This document shows, piece after piece, positions 1 through 12,130 of a stretch of 64,000 nt of DNA. Position 1 is the stretch's first letter. Each line of letters begins with the position of its first letter. Origin of the DNA: Mytilus californianus. Its lineage: Eukaryota. The notes under the pieces are model-generated. The model saw only the letters and a program-made list of their open reading frames with translations, was not told the origin of the DNA and did no database searches. The position numbers and the translations under genes are program-made. The DNA is taken from contig NW_026262667.1 of the NCBI RefSeq assembly GCF_021869535.1, positions 5,704,001 to 5,768,000 on the forward strand, in the 5' to 3' direction.

Positions 1-888
1 TTTAGTCATATAATAAAATGGTCTGACAACTGTCTTTAGCATTTATAGTGTATAAAAGGAAACAAATACTAAATAGTGAATTTTAGATTACCGAGTGATA
101 GCTATGACATATTTCGTTTTTGCAGTTGTTTTTTTGTCTCTGTCCCAAGAATATTTTTACTCTTTCAATTTCATAATCTTTTGAAAAATTACGTAACTAA
201 TTCTGAGACATATTGGGGTTTTGTAATGTCAAAGTATAGATTGAAAAAAAACTTGAAATAGTATATGACAAAAAATTCTCTTGTTACGTTTTTTATGTTT
301 CTATTTGAACACCATTTTTATATGCATTAGCTATTATTTTGTTTTTGTAGCTATGGTAACTCATCGTACAAATTAGAGGAACGAGTTCAACCTTTCGTTC
401 AGAGATAAAGCTGTTTATTTTGAAAATACAATAAACTGTTTTATTATCCTTCTATTACTATAACATAAACACGATTGAAGTCTTTGTAATTATAGAAATA
501 CCACTTCTGTGCAAACAAGTTCATTGTAGTTGCAACTGTTCTACCTAATTAAGAAAAAAACAAAATAACAACGAAGTTATATTATCTTTTTTTGTATTTT
601 CAAATAAAATAACTGAACAAAAGCAGAGACTTAGCCTCAGAAATATTTTTAACGAGAAAGCATTTAGTCATCATAGTATTAATAATAGATTTAAGTACAT
701 CGCTGAAAAAATCTTCTATGCGTTGACCTAAATGGTGCGTGGCATCAAACGACTGGCATATATTCCATTTTGAAACCAGTTTTCAAGCATAACCTAATAT
801 CACTGAAAAAAACGGGTTAAAGGACGTTTTCAATAAATAATTCAAATAGAACAATACAACCGCTGAATAAAAATCAGTTCCGTTGATT

Positions 889-904
889 CCCCCCCCCCCC
901 CCCC
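889..904. repeat. Poly-C tract (C16)
   Basis: Read directly. Confidence 0.9.
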
Positions 905-2178
905 TTAATTCGATCAAAGTTTTCGATTTTTATTTCCGGAACATTTTTTAAGTGACTTAGCATGTCTGAAGTGATTAAAAACAGTATTACTTCACAAAAT
1001 TAATTTAATTCATTGTAAAAACGATGGAAGGACTGGAAATAAAAATCAATCGAACATTTAAGTAAAAATACTCATGTTAGTTTAAGATTCGTCCACACGT
1101 CCAGTGCATTAACAGTTCCTATTAATAATTATTCAAAGGAATCAAATCATAATCTAATTAAGATTTTGAACTATTTGTGATGCCATAGAACTAGGACGTT
1201 GATGACCATGGGAAATTTTTTTCATACATTAAAAATCGACCAGTTGCGTAAAGTGAAAAATGTTATTAAAAAAAACACAAATACATTTGAATTGTGTTAC
1301 TCTGTTTAAGCACTTTTTTGCTTACGATATATGACACGTTTGGGAGCATAATAGCAGAGTATCAAAAGCGTGAGTTTGAATGCCGCTGATGCAGCAATAT
1401 GAATTTGCAAGTGTAAAAAAGCAATTGTATCTTCGTTGGACTGAGTTTAAAACTCTGTACTTGCAACCACTCTACGATATTGTTAAGCTTAATGTAATGA
1501 AAAGATCAAGCAATATATTATACTGTAAACCATTTAACATTATTTACTTGTTTATCACTTTTTTTAAAGAGCATAAAACGCCTTACAGCAAAGCATTAAC
1601 CACTGGTACTCATGAAGTTAGTTCTTGCGGCTAAAATTGAAAAGAAAATTTACAAAAAACATAACCATCCCTTTCACGGATCATTATTAAACTTATTTAA
1701 ACTGCACTTTATAATACACATTTCTGGGAATAATGAAGGCTAGATGATTGAAATAACCGTACAGGAAGTTCATTCTATTTTTATAAGTCGTATCAGCTTG
1801 GGATTGACTAAATCAGAAACATATAATGCAATGGTTTTATATGTCTATGACCAAAGTCGTTAGGACTAAACTAGTTTGACATATTATCATTTACGTAGCT
1901 GTGGACGGATAGTGGTAATATTTCGTTTTAACAAAAAAGAAAACCCTCTTTATAATTTCCTATTTTGCATGTACATTGTATTTGTTTTATTATCAAGTTT
2001 GTCGCTATTAAAACATTGATCAAGAGTAGCAATCGCGTAATTTGTCATCGTTTTATATGCATAGTGATAATTATATATTTATATTTATTTAAGAAAGACA
2101 ATATAATTTTATGCATTCCTCTGCGTCTTAATATATTAATAAATACAATCAGCACTTTACTATAAGTTGATATATATA

Positions 2179-2994
2179 GATTCTACCACTGCATCGAGTG
2201 TGATACAACCGCCTCGGTGGTCTCGTGGTAGCGTGTTCGCCTCGAGTGCGGGAGGTCGTGGGTTCGAACACTCGCCGGGTCAATCCAAAGACTTTAAAAT
2301 TGGTATTTGCTGCTTCTCCGCTAAGCACGCAGCATTAAAGAGTAAGAGCAAAGACTGGTCGGCTTGAAGTCAGAATAATGGGTCCGAGTAAGGTGACATG
2401 TCTTCCTGCGGACTGTTGTGAACTAGCATGTACGTTAAAAATCCGGCTCAGCGTGTCAGTCTAGTACAAAGTAGAGTAAATATTCGTATTACATTAACAT
2501 GTTCTCGTCCTGAATATGCATATTAATTTGCCGCTGGACGTTAAGCAGCCATTCATCATCATCATGATCATCATCATCGAGTGTGATACGATATTTATCC
2601 ACTCAAGACAGTTAAATTTTCAAATTAAAGAAACGAGGCTCGCCGAGCGTTTCAAATATATGAAATTTAAATGTCAAGAGTGGATAAATATCGTATTACA
2701 CGAGATATGGTGGTGGAATCAGTTTCTCTAATGATTTTTAGACGATATGAGACAAAGTTAATCCTTCGTTTCGAATGATCTGCAAAAAAGATGTGTTCTT
2801 TATATGTGACGTCATCAGGAAGGGTCGCATTTTTTCATGACGTCACAGTAGAAATTTCACAGAAAAGCAAGAAAACTTGACGTCATAATAGAATTTTGAC
2901 CAATGAAGACTTGAGATCAAACGAACCGCACGTTGATCAAATAAAAATAATCAACAGGTTAGGAAAAGGATAAATCGAGTAAGAATTAGAGAAA
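2179..2994. mobile_element. Palindromic non-autonomous DNA element (Crypton-like), interrupted by a SINE
   Basis: Absent from the paralogous site at 8130-8140 (gatatata|ttc); flanked by TA; long inverted arms centred on gaaacg-aggctcgccgag-cgtttc (2630-2653). Crypton assignment is inference. Confidence 0.65.
2207..2574 (+). mobile_element. tRNA-derived SINE (resembles Meta-domain bivalve SINEs)
   Basis: A-box-like tggtctcgtggt and B-box ggttcgaac; central ccaaagactttaaaattggtatttgctgcttctccgctaagcacgcagcat; (CAT)n tail; perfect 15-bp TSD catcgagtgtgatac at 2192-2206 and 2575-2589. Confidence 0.9.
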
Positions 2995-4064
2995 TATTCT
3001 TTCATCATTAGAAATACAATTACGATAAAAATAGCATATTTAGGAGCACAACAAATGCTCTTATATGGCGAAGGCAATATATGAATAACACTTAAAAGAG
3101 AAAAAACTATTTGTTGATATGGCTATCACTTGTAATATGTGTTGGTAATGTGATAATTTTAATGTTTTGAATAGTATTTAAGAAGCTTGTATAACTATTA
3201 CCAGTGTGTATTTCCTTTTTTGTCATATACTATAATGGTATGACAACTATCTACTGTATTTAACTATATCAAAAAGAACGAAAAATCAAGTAAATATCGA
3301 GTAATGATTGTAACAGGATGCTGTAACAGTCTCCCAAACGAAGTCCTCATAAATATATTCCCATTGGGACTCAAGCTATATATCATTCAATGCATTTCGA
3401 TATGACCAACAAAAAAAATGTATGGTTTAGGGTTTGGGATTTCAAACGTCTACTAAATATTTAAACACATGAATGGCAGAGATGCGGACTCACTTAGTAT
3501 TTCATCTGATTTGTCCTGTCAAGTAGAACATTTTCCGTTCTTTAAGAATATCCATATACTTAACTGTTAAATGAATGTCAAAGGTCAAGAGTGTAGGTGA
3601 CCATTAACATTTTGGCCTTACAGAAGGCCAAATAGTCCAATGGTCATTATTGAAGACACAATGTATAGCCAGACAAACGTGAAAATAAAGTATTCCATAG
3701 GGTTCTATAGTAAACCTCGACCTTCTTTTCAACCCTCAAAATACCCTTTAATAGACCCCATACATAAACCAAACCATGAATTCACACTTAAACATGCGCC
3801 ATATTCTCGAACACTGAAGACCATTTTAATCTACAAATCTTTGACTAGTGCTTTCACTGCACTTACAGTTTCTGATCATTAGTGTAATTTTTGGTAATTT
3901 AATTTCGTGCGTCCGAAGCGCCTAACCGGATTCACCCTCATAAGGAATGCTGAAATCGAAATAATCAGTTAGATGCAAAAGTAGCAGTAGATGTTTGAAT
4001 CTCACAAATCCTTTGAGAAGATACAAATCAATGTAAAAAAAAACCCAAACAAAACCGGATGCAA

Positions 4065-4137
4065 TCTCATAAGTTCCAACAGGAGCAAGTCGTCCATTTG
4101 TGTCAATATCAAGGAAAATATCAAGATATGAAGCAAA
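4065..4137 (-). pseudogene. Penelope-like RT remnant (FASYLDIFLDIDTNGRL)
   Basis: Matches SASYLDLHLEIDNEGRL of the RT at 40328-40825. Confidence 0.6.
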
Positions 4138-5593
4138 CGTATTTTAAAGTGAATTAGCATGTCTGAAGTGAGTTTATGACATGTAAACACTATTACTTTT
4201 CAAAATTTATTTAATTCATTGTTAAAACGACGGAAGGAATAGAAATAAAATATTTCATGCACTTAAGTTACAAATCGCCATTAAAATCTAGAATTCGTTC
4301 ACTGCATTTGCAGTTCATGTTAACCATAATCGAAGAAATTAAATCATATCTTTATTTAGATATTGAAACTATTCAAGATGCATGAGAACCAGGACGTTGA
4401 TGACCATTGGAACTTTTTCATACTTACAAAGTTAACCACTTACATGAAGTGTAACATGAAATTGTAGCAAAAAAAATTGCACACATACCTTTCAAGCATT
4501 TCCTTTAAAAGCTTATAACATGTTCGGATAAATTAAGGCAGCCGGTCTTGTTGTTGATGTCTTGATGGCAGCTTGTTCGATCCTGCTGAAGGAGCGAAAA
4601 GAATTGCAAGTGTAAAACTTGTTGGGCTGAATTCAAAACTCTTTGCATGCGACACACTAAGATATTGTAAATGTAATGAATAATAAGCTCATACATATTG
4701 TAATTAAAAATACACAAGTTACAATACACTGGACAATGTGAACTCATAAAACTTGATTATTGTTTTAGGCCCATTTGGGAAATAAGCTCACCATGCACCA
4801 ATATCAACATATTAAATGAACAAGATTAACCACTGTTACTTTAAACTTCATTCCTACAGATGAAATGGAAATGAAAATTTACAACAATAACAAAAAGCAA
4901 AAAAAAAACCCCAAAAAACATCAACATCCCTTGAAAGGATCATTATGTATTTATTCGAACTGCATTTTTCAATGCACATTTCTTGGAACCATGAAAAGTA
5001 CATGACAGGAAAATTAGATTCGAGCTATTACATTTCCATCTAATAAAGATAAATTGTAGATCTTAATCGACATTTTTCTCCACAATCATCATATTTTACA
5101 ATAGAAAAAATTACATAAATATACGATATCAGTTCAAAAAATCATTCAATAACTGAACAATAAGTGCATTCTATTTTACAGTCCTAGAGGCTTCTGATCG
5201 ACAAAACTAATAAGGACTATGTTAGTTCGACAAGTGAGCATAAATGTAGCTGTGTACGGATAGGTTTAATACGTGCACTTTTCTTTAATGAAATAAAAGT
5301 TCTTTATAATTTTTATGTTGTCGTTAAAGAAAAAACCTGCCATTGACAAAGAGTAGCAATTTCGAATGAAAAAAGATCAACATTAAAATAGCAATCACAA
5401 TGTATTCCACTCAACTAATGTTATCGAATACTTGCAGTACAAAGTATTAAATAGCAATTGGTAGCTCCTCATCTATTAGTAATTTAAGTCAAAATAGTAA
5501 ACGACAAAAAATTCTCTTGTTACGTTTTTTATGTTTCTATTTGAACACCATATTTATATGTGCACTAACTTTTATTTTGTGTTTGTAGCTATG

Positions 5594-5790
5594 TAAATAA
5601 AGGCAGCAGTAGTATACCGCTGTTTAAAAGTCATTAATCGATTGAGAGAAAACAAATCCGGTTACAAACTAAAACCGAGGGAAAAACATCAACTATAAGA
5701 GGAAAACAACGAAATAACAGAACACAGAAGTGCAACAAAAAACAAACAACAATGCAACATTCTTAGAAACGAACTATTAGATAACAACTG
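5594..5790 (-). mobile_element. Truncated terminal fragment of the taaataaaggc repeat family
   Basis: Absent from the paralogous site at ~353 (ctatg|gtaac); homologous to 24250-24442 and to the reverse complement of 17190-17364. Confidence 0.85.
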
Positions 5791-7359
5791 GTAACACATT
5801 GGACAAATTTGAGGAACAAGTTCATCCTTTCGTTTAGGAAAAATGCTGTTTATTTTGAAAATGTAATAAATTGTTTTATTATCTTTCCATTACTATAGCA
5901 TAAACACGACTGAACTCTTTGTAATAATAGAAATACCACTTCTGTGCGAACAAGTTAATTGCAGTTGCCACTGTTCCACCTGATTAAGAAAAAGAAAACC
6001 AACGAGTTATATCATCTTTGTTTTGTATTCAGAATAGATGTAAGTACATCGCTGAAAAAATATTCTATGCGTTGACCTAAATGGTGCGTTGCATCAAATG
6101 ACTGGCATATAATTCCATTCTCAAACCAGTTTTCAAGCATTACCTATTATCACTAAAAAATAGGGACTGAAAGGACGTTATCAATAAATAGTTCAAATGG
6201 AACAACAAACAGTATTTCTTGCTGGGAATTATGATTAAATCAACACCCCTGGACAAAAATCAGTTCTGTTATAGCAGACAGTCTTGTCGATGGTATCAAA
6301 AGGTTGAGTTTGAATCCCGCTGAAGGAGCAATATGAATTTGCAGGTGTAAAAATGCGTTTCTATCATTGTTGGAGTGAGTTCAAAACTCTTTACTTGCAT
6401 CCGCTCTACGATATTGTTAAGCTTAATGTAATGAAACGATCAATACATACTGTAAACCTAAAAAAAAATAAAGTTACAATACCTACGGACAATGTGAACT
6501 CGTATACAAACTGGATTATTGTTTAAGGCCTATTTTTGTTAATTTGCTCACCATTTATCTATATCATTGCAAAACGTATATTGTTTAACATTATTTACTT
6601 GTTTATCACTTTTATAAAGAGCATCAAACGCCTAACAGCAAAACATTAACCACTGGTACTAATAAAGGTCGTTCCTGCGGGTAAAATGGAAAAGAAAATT
6701 TAAAAAAAAAAAAAAAAACCCTTCAACGGATCATCATTAAACTTATTTAAACTGCACTTTATAATACACATTTCTTAGAATAATGAAGGCTAGATGAATG
6801 GAATAACGTACAATAAGTTCAATCTAATTTTATATAGTCGTAGCGGCTTGGGATTGGCCAAAGCAGAGATATATAATGCAATAGTTATATATGTTTCTGT
6901 CCAAAGTCATACGGACTAAGATAGTTTGACATATGAACATAAAGTAGCTGTGGACAGATAATGTTAATATTTCGTTTAAACAAAAAAGAAAAATCTCTTT
7001 ATAATTTCTTTTGTTGGCGTGTATTTATTTTATTATCAAGTTTGTCGCTATTAAAACACTTTTTATATCATTGAGCAAGAGTAGCAACCGCGAAAGACAA
7101 AGAAAAACTTAAAGATTAAAATAGCAACGACAAGGGTTTTCATTCAACTGATGCTACTCAAATACTAGCAGTATACAAAATATAAATCATCAATTGGTAC
7201 ACGTTCATTAGTTAGTTAATTTAAAGGGGAATATTTCAACTTAATAGGGGTACATTGATTCTGTCATAGACACAAAATCTCAACGTTCGTCCATCTTACA
7301 TTTCATTTATTATCAGTTTGATGATTTTCCAAACTTTGACATCCAACTATTTTGATTCA

Positions 7360-7405
7360 AGTGTCACTTAAGAGTCTTATATAGAGGAAACGCGCGTCTA
7401 GCGCA
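7360..7405 (+). ncRNA. Decayed type I hammerhead motif in a retrozyme/PLE-type repeat
   Basis: CTTAAGA (CUGAUGA mutated), stem II gtct/agag, GAAA, palindromic stem III acgcgcgt, GUC site. Confidence 0.55.
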
Positions 7406-8514
7406 CCAAATTATAAGCCTGATATCCTTGAATAGATTTGACACTCATAACTAAATATGACTTTGAAACTGTATGACGGATGCTGCTTGTATAGCTGGAG
7501 ATACTAACTTAGTCGAAGAGAAAATGGTCTCACTTGGTTTTCAGAATACTAAAAGTAATGTAATGTTCGTACCTGGAACATTGAAATAAACGTTACGTCA
7601 TCTATTGTTTAGGACGTTTTTAGTCAATCACAACATTTTGGTGTACGCTTCTGAATTTTTTTCCGAAGAAAAATATTTTTTTGTATATAGGAATAGTTGT
7701 ATATTTATATGACAAAATCTAGAAATAAATCATTTAAAGATGATAAATGACAAACAGATTTGTAATAAATGTGTAGTATTTAAGACAAAATCAATCATTG
7801 AATAAAGAATTGTTATATGGTTTAAAACATGTACAATAAAATGTTAAAACAGAGATGTGTCTCCCTGTGCAACCTCTTCACAAACTGTTACAATCGTGAA
7901 GTCGTTGCCGCCTTCGTCAAAAAGAAAACGTCTAAGTCTCTCTTCATCAACATTCGTCGCAGGCGAGAGAAAGTTGTTTTAAATTAATTGGTCTTTTTTT
8001 TTTTATATGTATAGTGATGATTTTATATTTATATTAATTTAAGAAAGACAATACAATTTTAGGCGATTTAAATGAATTGCTCTGCGATTAAGTATTGTAA
8101 TAAATACACTCAGCACTTTACTATAATTTGATATATATTCATTCATCATTAGAAATACCTAATAGTATATTTAGGCCTACAATAAATGCTCTTATATGGT
8201 GAAGGCAACTTATTGATAACACTTAAAAGGGGGAAACATTCGTTAATATTAGTTGTAGTACGTGTTGGTGATGTGATGCATTTAAATATTAGAGTCATTT
8301 TTAGAAGCTTGTATAACTATTTCCAGTGTGTATTTCCTTTTTGTCATATACTATAATGCTATGACAAATATCTATTGTATTTAACTATATATAGCGTCCA
8401 AAGCGCTAAACTGGATTTACCTTCACCATGAACACTGAAATCGAAGTAATCAATTAGAGGCAAAAGTAGTTTACCGATGTTTAAATCTCACAAATATTTT
8501 TTTTTCTACAAGGA

Positions 8515-8890
8515 AAAGATCAAGATATGAAGCAGACCTTCTTGTTTCGTAGTATACTAAATTCTAAGTTAGCTCACTGGGATATATGAAATGTAAGCAC
8601 TCACTGAAATGTGGGATATTGAATGATAGGACATCACCAATATATCTGGAAATGAGATTAAAGAACTTTGCAAGATGCTTTTTTCTTTTTGTCTTTGACA
8701 AGGTTCTGTATTAATTCTGCTTTATATGAGGGCTAAAACAAGTCCGTCAGTAGGGGTGCACAAATAGTACCCATATGATTACCGACTGTCTGTTGAAATG
8801 TCAATCCACTAAGTGCTGTCAAGTCCAGCATTTTTATTACATCCTTTTCGGTGTTTGTTGTTGTTGGACTCAACATGGTTCTTCACAAAG
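8515..8890 (-). pseudogene. Decayed Penelope-like (Naiad-type) RT fragment
   Basis: FQQTVGNHMGTICAPLLTDLF*...FNLISRYIGDVLSFN...IYPSEL...SASYLD with a stop and frameshifts; colinear with the RT at 40328-41000. Confidence 0.8.
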
Positions 8891-10526
8891 TAAATCATAT
8901 CTTAATTAAGACAAAGCAAGTCATGTTCCGATCTGCGATTTCATGAACACATCCCTGGACAAAAATCGGTTCCGTTGATTTTTTCCAGACGTAAGTCTAT
9001 GACATGTAAACAGCATTACTTTACAAAATTGATTAAATTCATTGTAGAAATAAAATAATTCGAACACTTTAAGTTAAAAATCGCCATTTTTGTATAAAAT
9101 TCTTTACAATTACGTTCACTGCATAGACAGCTCATGTTACTTAGTAATCATTATTCGAAAGAATTAAATCATATCTTAATTTAGATATTGAAACTATTCA
9201 AGATGCAACAGAACCAGGACGTTGATTACCATTGGAAATTTTTCATACTTAAAAATTTAACCACTTTCATGAAGTGTTAAATAAAATTGTAGCAAAAAAT
9301 CCTCCCTTACATTTCAATTGTGTAACTCTATTCAGGCACTTCCTTTTAAAACTTATGAAACGTTTGGATACATTAAAGCAGCCAGTCATGTCGTTGATGT
9401 CTTGATCACTACTTGTTCGAACCCTGCTGGAAGAGCGAAAAGGATTGCAAGTGTAAAAGTTCTTAAATTGTTGGGCTGAATTCAAAACTCTTAATTCGCG
9501 ACAACTCTAAGATATTGAAAAGCTTATTGTAATGAAACAATAAACTGATAAATGCTGTTATTAAAAATACACAAGTCACAGTACACCGGATAATATGAAC
9601 TCATAAAACTCGATTATTGTTATAGGCCCTAGCTCACCATTCATCTATATCAACACATTGGAGCAAGATTAACCACTGTTACTTTAAAATTCATTCCTTC
9701 AGATGACATGGAAATGAAAGTTTACAACAACAAAAAAAAAACAAACCCCATCGACATGCCTTGAAAGGATCATTATGTATTTATTCGAACTGCACTTTTC
9801 AATACACATTTCGTGGAATCACGAAAAGTACATGATAGGAAAATTAGATTCGAGTTATAACGTTCCCAACTAATAAAGATTAATTGTAGATCTTTATCGA
9901 CACTTGTCTGCATACTCACCATAGTTTAGAATGGAAAACAATACATAAATATACGATATCAGATCAAAAATCTAAATATAAGTGCATTATATTTTTCAGT
10001 CCTAGCGGTTTGTGATCGACGAAACTAATTGTTGGACATGTGAACATAAATGTAGCTGTGTACGGATAGTTTTAATACGTGTACTTCTTTTAATGAAATT
10101 GACAAGGAGTAACAACTTCGAATAAAAAAAAGAAATACATTAAAATAGCAATCACAAGAATTTCCATTCAACTTATGTTATCCGAATATTTGCAGTACAA
10201 AGTATTACATATCAATTGGTAGCTGTTCATCTATTCGTACTTTAAGTCAAATTTCTCAACTTAATAGGGGTACTTTGATTCTGTTATAAATACCAAATGT
10301 CAAATTATAATTTTTCATTTTCTTTTCTTATGCTTGACCACAAACATTCATTTTGAATGCAATATTCTTATTTTTATTAGGATTATATTAGGAGAAATAA
10401 TTTCCAATAACAAACTGCCGATTTAAACATGTGTATCAAAGCTTTAAGCCTCTTTTTTATTTAGACTATCTTGGGATTTTCAGTATTTAATGCTCTTCAA
10501 CTTTAAAATTAATTCAGTCTTCCAAC

Positions 10527-10762
10527 AATCTGCTTAAAATACAGATCCTGTGTCTACGCTTCGCTTACAAGGATCTGAAAACACTCATTCTACTTTCTGT
10601 TTGAACGATCTTTCGGGTTCTTCAGGTTTTTTAATGATACACACATTCACAAATTTGAAGGCAGACATTTCATTGGTTGATATAAAAGTTATCAACACAG
10701 AAAGTATGACAGGGGTGTTGTCAGATCTCTGTAAGCGATGCGTGGATACAGGATCAGATTGG
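10527..10762. mobile_element. MITE with ~65-bp imperfect terminal inverted repeats
   Basis: gatcctgtgtctacgcttcgcttacaaggatctg... vs ...cagatctctgtaagcgatgcgtggatacaggatc. Confidence 0.7.
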
Positions 10763-11208
10763 TATTCTTTGGTTTGAGAGCATTTGAAGAGTCTTATGTA
10801 GACGTTGTTTGTTATACTTTAATGACTTGTTAGGAATTCTATGACATGCACCACTACTATGAGATTTTTCCGCAAATCAATGCAGTGTATTACGACCAGA
10901 TTATGGATTTTAAACATCAAATACCAAATGGTATTATCAACTCAGAATTCAGTGCTTCGGTACTGACATGATTATAAACAAACTTTTCCTAAATTCTCCT
11001 TTGATTAATACACACGTTATTAGAAACTTATTTTCGAGTTATGAGTTTGAATGTTCCGTTGGCATCTTTTGCCTCTCTATTAAAGTTCCAACTCCTACAA
11101 GCAAAGTTGACCTTTGATAAATTTGGCATTTTTGGCTCCATATTTGGTCATATAGCTCTTCGTGTGTTCAGGTCTAATAAATCTTTTGCTTTCAAATGTT
11201 TGGATTAG

Positions 11209-11250
11209 AACGTTCCTGATGAAGGTAAATCCAGAAAAGAGCTTCAGACG
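11209..11250 (+). ncRNA. Hammerhead-like motif, core intact, stems imperfect
   Basis: cgttc-CTGATGA-aggtaaatcca-GAAA-agagcttc-agacg. Confidence 0.45.
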
Positions 11251-11325
11251 GAAGAATTAGTAAGTGTTATTTTCATTTGCAAAGATGTTGCATAATTGTT
11301 CATACATAACATAAGTAAAAGAGAG

Positions 11326-11660
11326 GCGAAAGATACGAAAGGGATATTCAAACTCATAAGTCGACAACAAACAGACAATACCATGGTAAGAAACGAAAAA
11401 CGATCAAAAGACAAACAACAGTATAGAAAACACAAGACTGAGCAACACGAATCCCACCAAAAGCCGGGGGTTTCGGGAGGGGTAAGCAGATCCTGCTCAA
11501 TATGTTCACCAGTCGTTTTGATCAAAACCCGGAGAGAAGTCTAATTCGGTATTCACATTCGATGAAGAGTGGACGGGGTTGTGGTTATTACAGTTTTAAC
11601 ATATCCGTCGTCATTTGTGTAACAGATATTCCATAACCGTGATTCAACTCGACATCAATT
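11326..11660 (-). mobile_element. PLE 3' fragment (aaaagagggacgaaagatac family)
   Basis: Homologous to 40031-40390. Confidence 0.8.
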
Positions 11661-11671
11661 CAATATCTTTA

Positions 11672-12130
11672 AATAGAAGAGACGGAAGATATCAATGAGA
11701 CATTCAAAAGAAAAACTGACAACGCCAAGGCAAAAAACGAAAAATGTTGAAAAGACGGATGAATCCGCAAAAGACTATATAGAAAATTGAAAATTGAGCA
11801 ACAAAAACCCCACAAAATAAAAACTGTGACGAAACTCATATGGTTTGGAAGGGTAAGAAGTTCCTGTTCCACATGCGACACCGGTCGTGTTGCGCATGCC
11901 GTTGATAAGTATCGGTAATGTTACAATCGAGGAAAAGAGAACGGGATGTAGTAACGACAATTGGAACATATCCGTGGTCATCTGTGACACAGATATTCCA
12001 TAACGGTCAACAAAAGCTTGATGGCGTCCGTAAAACATTCGAAGGGAATATTTCAACTTTATCACTTTGAATCCTTGGCTCAATAGTTACAATTATCCTT
12101 TAAGGAAATCATGATAGGAAATGCAAGCTT
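11672..12130 (-). mobile_element. PLE 3' fragment with RT C-terminus (KLKYSLRMFYGRHQAFVDRYGISVSQMTTDMF)
   Basis: ORF 11775-12083 matches the C-terminus of ORF 40328-40825. Confidence 0.85.

Larger units (their letters stand above)
265..10295. repeat. Tandem segmental duplication (~265-5500 vs ~5503-10295); each copy holds two older homologous units (U1-U4)
   Basis: gacaaaaaattctcttgttacg at 267 and 5503; shared anchor gtagctgtg(g/t)ac at 1895, 5246, 6944, 10052; block order conserved. Confidence 0.85.

Noticed and set aside
2207-2280. tRNA gene
   Set aside because: The tRNA-like head continues into a SINE body and tail bounded by a TSD; no full cloverleaf
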